A stretch of 64,000 nucleotides of DNA from Octopus vulgaris (lineage: Eukaryota). The notes below the pieces were generated by a model. That model was not told the DNA's origin and did no database searches. It saw nothing but the letters and a program-made list of their open reading frames with translations. The stretch is taken from assembly GCA_951406725.2 (NCBI GenBank), contig OX597814.1:156426001-156490000 (forward strand). Direction: 5' to 3'. This document shows, in pieces, positions 39,966 to 52,952 of the stretch (its first letter is position 1; every line of letters begins with the position of its first letter). Both the position numbers and the translations under genes were made by a program.

Positions 39966-41851
39966 TCAGCACTTTCAAGTTGATAAAATAAAGTAATAGA
40001 AAGGTGCTGATGTCTATGGCATCTACAAAAGCCTTTTTCTCAAAATTTCTGACTTTGTGCCAAATTTGATAACAGTAATAATAACTTATCATTATCTTCA
40101 ATTAAGTGGTCCAGTGTAGATACTCGGAATTTTTTTCCTACATCAATCGTAAGAGCCCATTAATTTAATAGCGAATAGATTTTTTTTTTTTTCAATTTGC
40201 TGTTATTTAAATTCATTTTTCAGCACTTCTATTACTCTGCTGCAAGTGCTATTTTTAATGAGAAGGGTATTTTTTTTTTGTAAAGTCTATATATATAGTT
40301 TCTCTGACGTTTTCTTTTGATTTTTGTCGAGAGTCTCTACCGATTGTGGAAAATATATTCCAAGGAAATATACGATTTCCATTCCTGACTTAGATATTCT
40401 TCTTTTCATTAAGATTCGATGTTTCTCAATTCTGACATTTAGGAGTTCCCCAATTCGATTTATGTCTTACAAGATTTTCCGCAAATATAGAATATATAGA
40501 TGGATGTTCTAGTGATACCTACGTCTATTTAGCATTAGAAAAGCATCGGTGAAGTATCATGTCTCTTTTTATTACAGTTAAGGTTTTATGTTTTGCAGAT
40601 TTCCTAAATTTTCTGTCTATAATTTGTAATACAGTAGAGACATGAAACTCTTGGGTTAGACCTCTGCTTCGTACATGAAACTGGATGTGGGTCTTATATA
40701 AAGGACTGGGCGTTATTTGTAACTGAAAAATATGCATTACAAATACCTAGCACAAAACTTATTAAAATCAAAAACAAAGTAGTGACTAAGCCCGGTGCTG
40801 ACTTCATCACAATATACCTTTACTATTTTCACTATCTACCACCTCTATTATCTACAACATGTAACAAAGATTGTATATACGTTAGTAGTCTAGCAGGTAT
40901 GATCTTTATGGCCCTTAGTTTAATAAGAGTTCAGAGTTAGGATTCAATATAGTGCTATGTTCACCGATAATATATTTAGGGGGAACGCGTTCAAAATGTG
41001 GTGTGAATATTAAAGGTTGTCTGTCTCTAAACATGAAGTTAATAGTCCAAGAAAGTATTGTTTATCGCTGGGAGTGGTGGTATTTTCTGTGTATGTGGCA
41101 ATTTCAACTAGATTTTAATTTTCATCTTAAAGTTGTATTTATAATAGTACTAAAAGTGCTGAAAATAGTCAAGATACTAGAGTGTCGACGATGTAGCTGT
41201 TCTAAAGGAAATATATTGATGTCCCATATCGGTGTGTTATGAGGAGTAGGAAAAAATTCCTTGAGAAACGGAAAACAGCTAAGGTTTATGAAAAGGGGTT
41301 GTATCAAAACAGAAAAGAAAACAAACAGGAGGAAGTGTAGTGAAATAGTTATGAGATAAAAACAGTGAGATTCGATCGGAGATTTGACTGCACGGGGGTG
41401 GGGGGTGAAGCAGGATAATCGGTAAGACGAATTAGGGTGAAGGCTACTATTTCTCATGCTAAAACCTCTGCGTATTTTATTCATGACGTTATTCTATCAG
41501 TATTGCAATGACGTAAATTAAATATAGCTATAACTGTGAATTAACTTCATATAAATTAACTAGAACTATGTATTAACTTCATATAAATTAGCTATATAAT
41601 TAGCTTAACGATTTTTCTGAGCTTCCCATCTACAGACACATGAGCAGTCTATTTTCAACGTCTTTTCTCTTCCTAAATCAAATTATATGAATGATGTAAC
41701 TCTGTAAATGTTAAAACTAATCTTTCCTAGATCAAAGAATCCATTTTCTGAATATTAAAGCGTATGATAAAGATCTTTTCTAAACAAGAAGCGGGTTTAT
41801 TTTGACATACATACATACATACATGCATACATACATACATACATACATACA

Positions 41852-41883
<32 letters not shown>

Positions 41884-44086
41884 CATACACACATACATAC
41901 ATACACACACACACACATACATACATACATACATACATACATACATACATACATACATACATACATACATACATACATACATACATACATACATACGTAG
42001 TACGTACACCCTAAGATAAAGTAGCCAATTAATTAAAATCAATTTTAAAAACTGTAAAAATAACTTAATTAAAATTTTAAAAATAGATAAATGAATAATA
42101 GATTATTCCAACATACTTGACTTCTTCTAGCATATCATTTAGTGAGCACAACTATCAGAAATACAAAAGCAACTGACTGACTTAAAACTGTATTCTCAGT
42201 TGTTTTAGTGAATACCATTAAGCAGGAAGTAAGCTCTGATAGATACAAGACTGTAACCTGCTTTCAGTTCACAGTGGAATATTCTTTCCTTTTATTTACA
42301 CTGCAAATAGTTTACGAAATAGAAAAACATGAAAATAAAGCATAGTTTCTTTCTTCCTGGGGGCAAAATGTATCGGCTTTTGCTAAGTTTGCATTTAGTG
42401 GGGTAAGATATGAATATCAACGTTTCGACCCTTCTCCGGAACGAAAAAGAAAAAAAATCTCTCCGTAAGAATTCATCCAAGTTTGAGAATATTACTAAAT
42501 GATTTTTATGAATTTGCATGTATTAGTATATCCAAGGACGGAGACCTCAATACCGTTATTTCAAGGCCTTATACTTCATCTCAGACATTATATTTTCTCT
42601 TTCAGGTGTAGCGTAAGTTCCAAAGTTTGCCGTATGTTTTTATTAATTAAGCTTCTCGGGGACAAGCATGCAGAGCCACCGATGAAGTTTTGACTCTAGG
42701 CTCAATTCAGTTTTGGTTTATTTACGAAATTCAGGCCCTTCGCAATATATAGATATTTAACCACTTTTAAATCAACGATTGAGTCTTAAAGTGAATGCTC
42801 AATCTATAAGAAACAGCAGCCAAATCTCTCTCAAATTGCACCCTACCAGTGTGGGAAGGAAGAGTCAAATACGTCAAGAGATAGCCATGGGGAATGGGTG
42901 TTCCTTTGATGGAAGGGTCCCAGGATAGTCATAGGGAAGCCTAACAGAAAAGAAAACCTTTGATTTTAGGCCTCCTTAGTCACGTCTCAAGTAAGACTAA
43001 ACAACAAATATTTTGCACCAAGTAAAAAAAAAAAGAAAACCTCTTCAATCAACCAGAGGTTTTGTCAAAATGAAAATATTTTCTGCAAAATCTTTCCTTG
43101 AAGTATTACTCTAAAATAACGATAATACTAACAGTGAGGAACAAAGGAGTCTCTACGCCGTCCCTTAGCGTACGAGAAAGAGCAGCCAAAGTTCTCTCAG
43201 ATTACACATCGTATTTAAAAAAAATACATTGGACGTGGTATTTCTGATATACGAAACAAACCGGAATGTTCGATCAGAGCTGAACTAGATGAAAAAAAAA
43301 TAAAAGACTGGAACTTTGTTACAAATAGATATTGCTACTTTCATCAGATATTGGAAATGAAAGAAAACTACAACATATACGAGACAATTAAACGTGCGAT
43401 TCCATTCATCGTTTTACGCTAGGGTTTCTAATATCTCTTTGCTGAAAACTGACTGGCCGTACATCGATCTGCTCCGAGTGCTATGCTTCAAGCAAGAAAT
43501 CTTCATTTAATCCGATAAACTATTGTATTATTTCCTTATCCCATCATACAAAGTCTTAGTAAATCACCAATGAATACACATCAGTTGGCCCTTTCGTCTG
43601 ATTGTCGTATTATTGACTAGATATTTCTGGAAGATTTTCTAATCTGATACTAGATGGAATATCTAAGATTTATAGTTGCTGTTTCTTTTTTCTCAAGAAT
43701 TATCTGAATATTTTGATTCAAGAATTCACGCTGTTGATAGAAGAATAGCTTACAAAACTCTTCTAGCAGCTAAAATTGACTACATTCATCTCCTCAAAGA
43801 AACATACTTGTATAAACATGCATACGCAAGTAACAACACAACTACATATCTAAACACAAAGTCACACATATACATTGATGTCTATAAGATTACACACACA
43901 CACACATATATATGTGTGTGTATGTGAGTATCTATGAGTGTATTGATTGATCATTTCTTCATAGAAACAACAAATAAAGACATTTATGTATATGAGCGTT
44001 GCGAAGAGTTACACGTAGAAAACATTTGTACATGTATTTATCGTTTGGTTGTTTCAGTCATTCTATGTGAGCATGTGTAGCTTAAT

Positions 44087-44229
<143 letters not shown>

Positions 44230-44253
44230 CGTGTGTGTATATGTATATACATA

Positions 44254-44612
44254 TTAGTTAAACGCTCGGGAAGTGAGAAAGTCTATCATTTGCCATGATA
44301 GATCGCTAGCCACTTAACCTTTTTCTATTTTCTCTCCCTGTTTATTTCATATATATATATATATGTCTAGACACTAAACGTTATTTTTCTATTTTCTCTC
44401 CCTGTTTATATCTGTGTTCTTTTCTGTCGAAGAGCGTAGGCTCGAAACGTAAAAGACTTTCTCACTTCCTGAGCTTTAAACTAATACACCTGCTTGTTGT
44501 TTACACACGCATCTTCATCTTTTGTTTTTTTTTTTTTTTTTTTTTTGCAAATTCTCACTATATATATATGTGCATGCTTTAACTTGTTTCATTCATTCTC
44601 TCTCTTTTTCTT

Positions 44613-44673
<61 letters not shown>

Positions 44674-44877
44674 TATATATATATATATATATATATAGAT
44701 CGCTAGCCACTACACATTCTTTATTTTCTCTCCTTGTTTCCTTCTGTGTTCCTTTCTGTGGAAGGGCGTAGGGTCGAAACGTTAAAGACGTTTTCAGTTC
44801 CCGAGCGTTATACTAATACATCTGTTTGATGTCTCCACCACCTGTCTTCGTCTTTTGTTTTTTTTGTGTGAATTCTC

Positions 44878-44880
<3 letters not shown>
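44254..44880 (+). mobile_element. Tandem pLTR-like units with two hammerhead motifs and an upstream inverted partial copy
   Basis: Units at ~44300-44560 and ~44697-44880; motifs at 44420-44455 and 44752-44787; 44252-44284 is the reverse complement of ~44454-44486. Confidence 0.75.
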
Positions 44881-44959
<79 letters not shown>

Positions 44960-45025
44960 ATATAAACAAATATATGTATGTATGTATACATGTATGTATG
45001 GATATGCATGCAAGTATGTATGTAC

Positions 45026-45056
<31 letters not shown>

Positions 45057-45952
45057 TGTATGTATGTATGTATGTATACACACGCACATCAAACCAAGCT
45101 AATGCTAATGTATATTTGCATTCATGTATAAGTACTTGCGTGCGTGTGTATGTCTCTATGTGTTTAAGAAAAACAGAGTGAGAGGAGGGAAAGAGACAGA
45201 GAAAAATAAAGAACAACAGAGCGTCTAAGCAAGCATTATCATTGCAGATTGTAGCTGAAACTGCTGTGAGATATGTGGTAGTTAGAATGTTTATATCTAT
45301 TGATTTTATTTTCATTTTGAATTTCATTATATTTTGTAATTTCGCCCTCCGTCTGATTTTATCAGATTCTTCATTGAAAGATTAAAAGTGGTTTGGCTTT
45401 AACAGACAGGTGTCAGCCCTTTAGCTTTGGGGCAGTAAAGTATAACGATGTATTGATTGGTTACACCTAAACTCTCAGTGGAGTGTCAGTAAATTTTTTT
45501 TACTGTTCAGTCAACCTTTAATAATTTAACCAATATAATGAATAATTTTATTTTTAAATCATTTAATTTAATTATTTAATTAAGGAGCCAAGTAGCATAA
45601 AGACATTTTGATTTTAGATTTTTACGAAAATAGAATGAATCAAAGCCGAGTGTGTTTACTGACCAAATAAACAGTTTATGATCGATTGTAATAGGAAGAC
45701 AACAGTTTAGGAAGAAGACAGCTTTGTGGGTTAGTCACAAGGGGAAGGGCAGCGCTCATGAACTTTTCAATCAGAGCATTTAGACTGATGGGGTAAGGAA
45801 GGGATAGAGAAACAGAAAGCCTTGGTCAAGAGAGCGGGCGGTGGTGTTAAACCGGTTGACGAATTATGTTTACTATCCACAAACACATACAGTTCTAACC
45901 GACGTGGTTTCACATAGTTTTTGTCTCACAAAGTTTCGGTCATAAAGCTTGC

Positions 45953-46035
45953 GTTATGGTAAAGGACAAATATGGTTATAGTAAAGGACAAATATGGTTA
46001 TGGTAAAGGACAAATATGGTTATGGTAAAGGACAA
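45953..46035. repeat. 22-bp minisatellite, ~3.8 copies, inside a decayed family A SINE
   Basis: GTTATGGTAAAGGACAAATATG at 45953, 45975 (one mismatch) and 45997, partial at 46019. Confidence 0.9.
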
Positions 46036-49000
46036 GTCCCAAATACACTCAGTAATTAGGACCTGGAACGGCACAATTGTTCAGGTATTTCTTAACTACA
46101 TTACGAAACCTATTTTCAGTTGTTCGTTCACCTTGTAAGGTGATCTGATCCAAAATATTTAACTTGCATTAAATCCCTTCAAATAAATGGTTAACAGTTA
46201 AGTTATGCATAACCAAACTGTGTTTGCATACGGTGTATACAAGTCTCCTCTACACTTTGAAGACCTGGTAATATTGTAATATGTAATATTGTAAAATTGT
46301 AAAAGATCCAAAAATGAATTGCGAAAATCAAACTATGTTGGAATTTGATTGACAAAATATGTGTGTGTGCGTGTCTGTGTGTGTGTGTGTGTGTGTGTGG
46401 AAAGAGAGAGAAAGAGAGAAAGAGAGACAGAGAAACGGAGTGGATTATATATTATTGGTAGTGATTGTAGCCATTATGAGGTCTCGGTCTTTAAACGTGG
46501 GTCAGCTCTAACTGAGTTGAACCTACGACAAAAGACATTACGTACATTACATTAGAAGCTGCATTGTCGAATATAATTTTACATTTAAAACAACAGCAGG
46601 GTATGATTTAAGAGAGATTCGGCTGTTGTTCTTAGCAGGCCGAACGACATGCAGATGTATGTCTCAGACGTTCATTTATACTTATATGCATTTAAGACTA
46701 GTTAGGACACACAAGGTGTCCTAACAAGAAATACTACGAAATAAAATATATAGTAGCTGCAGGTACCTTCCACCCTACGTTCTGTTGGATGATAGTTTAA
46801 TGCTTTATTCATTCCGACGTTATATCTTAATATTTTTAAAGTTTTATATCTATCCCAAAGCAAAAATGACACTGTTGCCCTTATTACCGAACTTAATAAA
46901 AAGCGAAGAACATACAGTGGCTGTCTCTTAAACTATCACAAGTCCAGATATCTTTAGAGTATAGTTTGTTAATCAGGTCTTACCTGGTGCTGATTTCGTC
47001 AACATCATTTTTTTTCTCTTATTTATTGTTTAATCATAGAAGAAAGAAAGTGCTCGTGACCTCTTTGACATCCTCTGAAACAGATGGGGAAAAGGTAGCT
47101 CAATACTTACAATGCTTACAAGAGCATGAACTTCACTAAATGCACCAAGGGAGAGATGATGCTAAACCATTTGACCGATTAAGTCAATCGCTCTAAAATT
47201 AGAAAATCTGTCCGATAGGCCTTCACACAGTTTCGGCCTTTCAAGTTTCACTCATAATATTTTGGTTACTTCGAGGCTTTGGGAGAAGTAACTTACCCCG
47301 AGAACCGTACTCCAAGATTAAGCTTGAAATAATAGAGTTTAAGAGCGAAATGGTGATTTTTCAAAATTGACATAAGCCATAATTTTTATCGTGGGGAAAA
47401 TGGTCGACTAATCTGATATTATGACAGGTCTACTTCTGATTTGATCGACTTCTTAGAAACTGGCGTACAAAATTGGCGTCCGTAACAGCTGAATTTGAAA
47501 TGTAATAATTAAAAGGTTCTTTATTTATGATATAGTGGAAGTATTCTACTTTGGTGGTCTACGACTCTACTATTCTAATTCTACGACTATTCTCTACATA
47601 GTTTTACACAAATGCACTTTATTGAAAACAGAGCAGTCTGTCAATCATCTCAGCTAATAGGTTTTTACTGTATAAGTTGTGCAAATCTAACTTAGGAAGG
47701 ATATTATCCACTTAATATTGGTGTCCAATTTAAGAGGAATGTTCACATTGTATGAAATATTGGACATGTGCATGTCACATACACCCCATCATCAATATCA
47801 GAACAAAGCAAGCGAGACAACTATTCTTTTCTGAAAATGAATGACTGATATGCTTTTTCAACTAGAAATAAATCTTGTCTCCAATGGAGTACCAGAAAGA
47901 GTAGACTTGCGAAAAAACTGTTTTCCGTATTTAGATCCACTCATTTTATGTGTCCTGTTCAAAACTCCCTTATGTTGTTTGCAATCCCATATAGTATACT
48001 GTTGTTAAAACGGTTTCATCTCTTCTACTAGCAAATTACATTTCATCACTACCCAGTTCTACTCGCTGCATCCATTTCTTCTTTCATCACTCCTGTTGTC
48101 TTTTCTCTTCAGAACTGAGTACTGCATGTAGTAATGTTCACTATGCTCAACCAATCATTTCCAGCACCTTAATTCCCTGAAATTCCCTTCTTTACCACAT
48201 TGCTAGTGTGGTGGTGGAAATCGTGGTGGTTGTAGTAGTTCAGTCCCAGATTAATCCTAGCTGGTTAGATTTATATTAGCAAAGGTATTTCAACTATGCT
48301 CTCCTCTACTTTTGTGGAATATTCTTGAGTAATTTAGGGGACATTTAGGGCTGTCATTACTAATGTAGTCATACTACATGTAATTTCATAGATACTGAAC
48401 TGCGGATGTTCAAACCTCAGCTACATCAATTTTTATCTATTTCAGTGGAACTGTTCAAGTGATGGGTACAGCCCCTTCAAGAAGACTAAACTTGATTATT
48501 GAGTATGGATATATTGCAGTACCAGCGATGGCATACCAACTGCTGATTCTTTTTAATTTCAACCATTGTGTATCTAGAACAATACTAGCCAATGTGTCCC
48601 TTTTAAGATGACAGGATGTGATTCGAAAGCCGTTTAGTTGCTATATTTAGATATCGAGTGTCAAAGTATAAATTTTGCCTTTATCTTGTAAGGTTATGAT
48701 GAATTTGATGGTTGGTTGATCTTACGTTATTTTATTTTTTATTTGTGTGCTGGTCAGAATTATCGGGACGGTGAATTTGATCGGGACAACTTTTTGGAGC
48801 GAGATTAATGTAGCATTTTACTGCATGACGAGCCAGCAATAGCATTCAAACTTTCGATCCCTTATTCAGCTGTCCTGTACTCGTTAACAATAACTTATTG
48901 TAAAAGTCTCACCATTAACTTCATAATTATGGTAATTTCAGTTATATTAATTAGGTTATTGTCATTAATTACCTGTATCGACCTTTGAAGCTCGCAGCTT

Positions 49001-50738
49001 TGAACAGAGTTGTATTCAGTAGTATATGATAAATATATTAGCTTTATCGCATGCCTAATAAGCCCTTGCAATTGAATTAAGCTTAATGGTATTCCCATTG
49101 TGTAATGGAAATATACTAGCAATGACGGCGACGATTGTTTGAAAGCAATTGAATTATTCAATTGCGCTGTACTTGAGTTAAAGTTTGGTACACCAAAAGC
49201 TTACTTCGGCTCAAATGTGGGAATGTTTATCAAATAAAGCAGAAAAGTGAAAAGTTTCTGAATACAAAAATATTCTAAATTGAATGCTAATTTTCTTTGC
49301 AAATAATATTGATTTATTTCATAAGACACACAATCTCATATTTATAGGAATGTGGAAATGGGATTGTGTGTTATCCGTGTTTATTTCACTACATTAATGG
49401 AGTAATGAAAAATCATTTCGAACGGGGATCGAAGTCGGCTCCTTGTCTTCACTACTTTCTTTCTTATGCAAACAAATATTATCTTGTGATCATGATACTT
49501 TCCTGAGGTCATTAGTTACATAACCCAAGCGTAATAGGTTACACCAACACTCAAAACTGGATTTCGATCCTAAATCACGGAATACACACCATAAAACCAG
49601 CGAAGCAAATATTTAATATTAACACTTTTCTCCAACAATTGCTGATATTAAAACCACTTAGCTAAACGTCTCCTTAACATACCATTTTCTTACCCAAAAT
49701 TCATTAGTCCCAATACAGAATTTGTAATTCTATTCCAATATCCACCAATTAAGTAAGGAATATATAGTCAAGTTTGGTTGTTGACAAACATTGTTTTGAG
49801 CAGACACTAAATTTCAATTATTAAAAATTATAACCCCAATGGGAAGAAAATTCAACAAAAATGAAAATTCTGAAAAGTAGCAAGAGAAAAAAAATGTTAA
49901 ATCTTTCTTGATCAATATTTAAACGGTGATAAACAAGGGGAGTGATTTTGATTTTTGGTAGCTATGGTGACTACTACAGACATGTTTGGGTTATATTTGA
50001 CCTCATACGTGAAGTACAGTTAACACACAACTATTAGAGTATAGAATGATTTGACGTGTATATAAATTCGTGTGACTATAATTCGCTGATGAAGCTGTTT
50101 AAAATAATGATAAAATAAGGATTTAAAAAGATTTCTCAAAAATGCACTGTACATAAATATTACGGAGCTTATATTGCCGCTGTCTTTAGGGAGAGTAAAA
50201 TCGCACAAATCACATTTTCTACAATTTGTAAACGTCTTGGGTTTCTGTCAGATCTCTACAAGTTTAGTGATGACTGGTGAAGAGCAGGGTGGTAGGTTTT
50301 TAGTTATAGTTTTTAGTTTTAGTTATATGGTGGAACACTAACGCAGTCACAAATTAATGACTGAAGACATATACAACATAATACCCATACCAAACCACAA
50401 TAGACAGCTAAGCCGATAACCTATCTACTATGTTAAAAACAAACACTCTAAGATTACGCAGTCTTCGACATGTTACACGATCTTGTTATAAGTAATACTC
50501 TGTACAAATGCATACATCTGTACAGATTCAGACATATACAAACATATACGCACATATACACAAATGTGCATGTGTGTATATGTCTGTGTGTATATATTTA
50601 TGTGTTTATGCATGCATGTATGTATTCTTAAACTAAAAGAAAAATACATGTCACGAGGGATTTTCTTTTGTATATTTCCTCGTATCATATGTGTGTGCGT
50701 GCGTGCATGTGCTTGTATGTAATATGTCTGTCTGTCTG

Positions 50739-50792
<54 letters not shown>

Positions 50793-51337
50793 TTAAGTCT
50801 GGGGAGAGTCATTCTTTCTTTTTTATTTTCCTAAAATTTTCGTGGCGTCTTGCAACCTTTTCAATAGTTTTGAATCTGTCCGTTACCCACACTGCGTTCC
50901 TTTTTGTTCGTTTGTGTGCATGTGTGTGGATTAGTGTGTTTGTGTGTGTGTGTGTGTATGTGTGTGCATGTGTGTGCGTGTGTGTGTGTGCTTATACATG
51001 CATGCATGTATGTATTACGCATGTGTATATATGCATATATGTGTGTGTTTGCATATGTATCTATTTATGTGTGTACATTTGTATGTATGTATTCTGCATA
51101 TTCATGTGTTTGCATGTCCGTGTTTGTATGTATGGATGTGCATCTCTATATGTGTGATGTGTGGACGTGTGTCTCCATATGTGTCCTTGTGTGAAGTAAA
51201 GTATGTGTGTATATATGGTCATGTGTTTCATTCTTCTTTTGCGTATGTATGCTTTTCTGTTCATATAACCTACGTACCTATCCGTCTGTATGTTGATCTG
51301 TTTACTTTTATATCCATATGCTTACATACATGTGCAT

Positions 51338-51410
<73 letters not shown>

Positions 51411-51822
51411 GGTGCAGGAGTGGCTGTGTGGTAAGTAGCTTGTTTACCAACCACATGGTTCTGGGTTCAGTCCAACTGCGTGGCACCTTGGGCAAGTGTC
51501 TTCTACTATAGCCTCGGGCCGACCAAAGCCTTGTGAGTGGATTTGGTAGATGGAAACGGAAAGAAGCCCGTCGTATATATGTATATATATGTATATGTGT
51601 GCGTGTATGTTTGTGTGTCTGTGTTTGTCCCCCTAACATTGCTTGACAACCGATGCTGGTGTGTTTATGTCCCCGCCACTTAGCGGTTCGGCAAAGAGAC
51701 CGATAGAATAAGTGCTGGGCTTACAAAGAATAAGTCCCGGGATCGAGTTGCTCGATTAAAGGTGGTGCTCCAGCATGGCCGCAGTCAAATGACTGAAACA
51801 AGTAAAGAGTAAAGAGTAAAGA

Positions 51823-51823
<1 letters not shown>
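51411..51823 (+). mobile_element. SINE family A, full length
   Basis: Highly similar to 6138-6560; (AGAGTAA)n tail. Confidence 0.95.
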
Positions 51824-51864
<41 letters not shown>

Positions 51865-51954
51865 GAAGTCAAATTGAGGGTGAAAAAATTTAAACATCAA
51901 TTTAAACACCAGTGGTCTAGCGCATAAAAGACTGAGATTCAGTAAATATTATTA

Positions 51955-52266
51955 ATACACAAATATGAGAGAGAATCCACTATGTGGACGCTCTTACGCT
52001 AAAGATAGATCCGCAATGGTCTCAACCACTAAAAATTGTTCCCAAGTAAAATTTAGCACACTAAGAACGTAAGCGAGCAGGACAAATGAAAAATAACAAA
52101 AATATAGATTAACCCCATACAATTGTTTCACTGTTAATAAATTATGCAATTTTACTTACGTTCTTAGTGTGCTAAATTTTACTTGGGAACAATTTTTAGT
52201 GGTTGAGACCATTGCGGATCTATCTTTAGCGTAAGAGCGTCCACATAGTGGATTCTCTCTCATATT

Positions 52267-52273
<7 letters not shown>
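51955..52273. repeat. Perfect 119-bp inverted repeat with 81-bp spacer
   Basis: 51955-52073 is the exact reverse complement of 52155-52273 by eye comparison. Confidence 0.95.
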
Positions 52274-52315
<42 letters not shown>

Positions 52316-52334
52316 CTACACACACGTACATCTA

Positions 52335-52379
<45 letters not shown>

Positions 52380-52722
52380 CCTCCCACACACATACACATA
52401 ATACATCTAAGTACATAACAGCCCACTATATATATACATATTCTGTAACAACGTCAAAACCGCTAATTTCTATCAATATTCTATCAATATGCTGAATACT
52501 AAACCCAGAGCAAAAGTCAGTTCTCAACCCCATAATATAAACGTAAACCTCCCCTTACTCCACCCCGCCAATACCCATCCAAATTTTGGATAGCAAACGA
52601 CCTAACATACGACCCTCTATCTGATAACCCCATATCCTATATGCATCACATTTCACCAAAACAGACACCAACATACACTTCCAAAACCCTATCTCCACCT
52701 AGGTAACCCCTCTAACCAGATT

Positions 52723-52952
52723 AAACGAACTAAAGCCCGAGATGTCATCTGGTTCCACCCCACCTTCGCCCTTAACGTCCAGATTCGAGTACCCAAACTC
52801 TTCTTCACCCTACTCGAAAAACATTTCCCAAAATCTAACAGCCTTAGAAAAATATTTAGCCCTCAGTCTATAAAATTGTCCTACTCCACCACCACCAACA
52901 TTGCCGAGTTATCTAAAATCTTAACAAGTAATTCTAAAATTCACCAGTGTTA
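52723..52952 (+). pseudogene. Penelope-like element ORF remnant (linker between RT and GIY-YIG)
   Basis: KRTKARDVIWFHPTFALNVQIRVPKLFFTLLEKHFPKSNSLRKIFSPQSIKLSYSTTTNI matches the PLE motif IIWFNPPFSxNVxTxxxxxFxxLxxKHFPxxxxLxKIFNxxxxKxSYSxxxN. It has no start codon, so it is absent from the ORF track. Confidence 0.8.

Noticed and set aside
40515-42151. Minus-strand exon candidates (42117-42151 LCSLNDMLEEV; ~40523-40722)
   Set aside because: Phases are incompatible (joining gives an immediate stop) and no homology was recognised.
45953-46035. CRISPR-like array
   Set aside because: The repeats are contiguous with no unique spacers, the context is eukaryotic and there are no cas genes.
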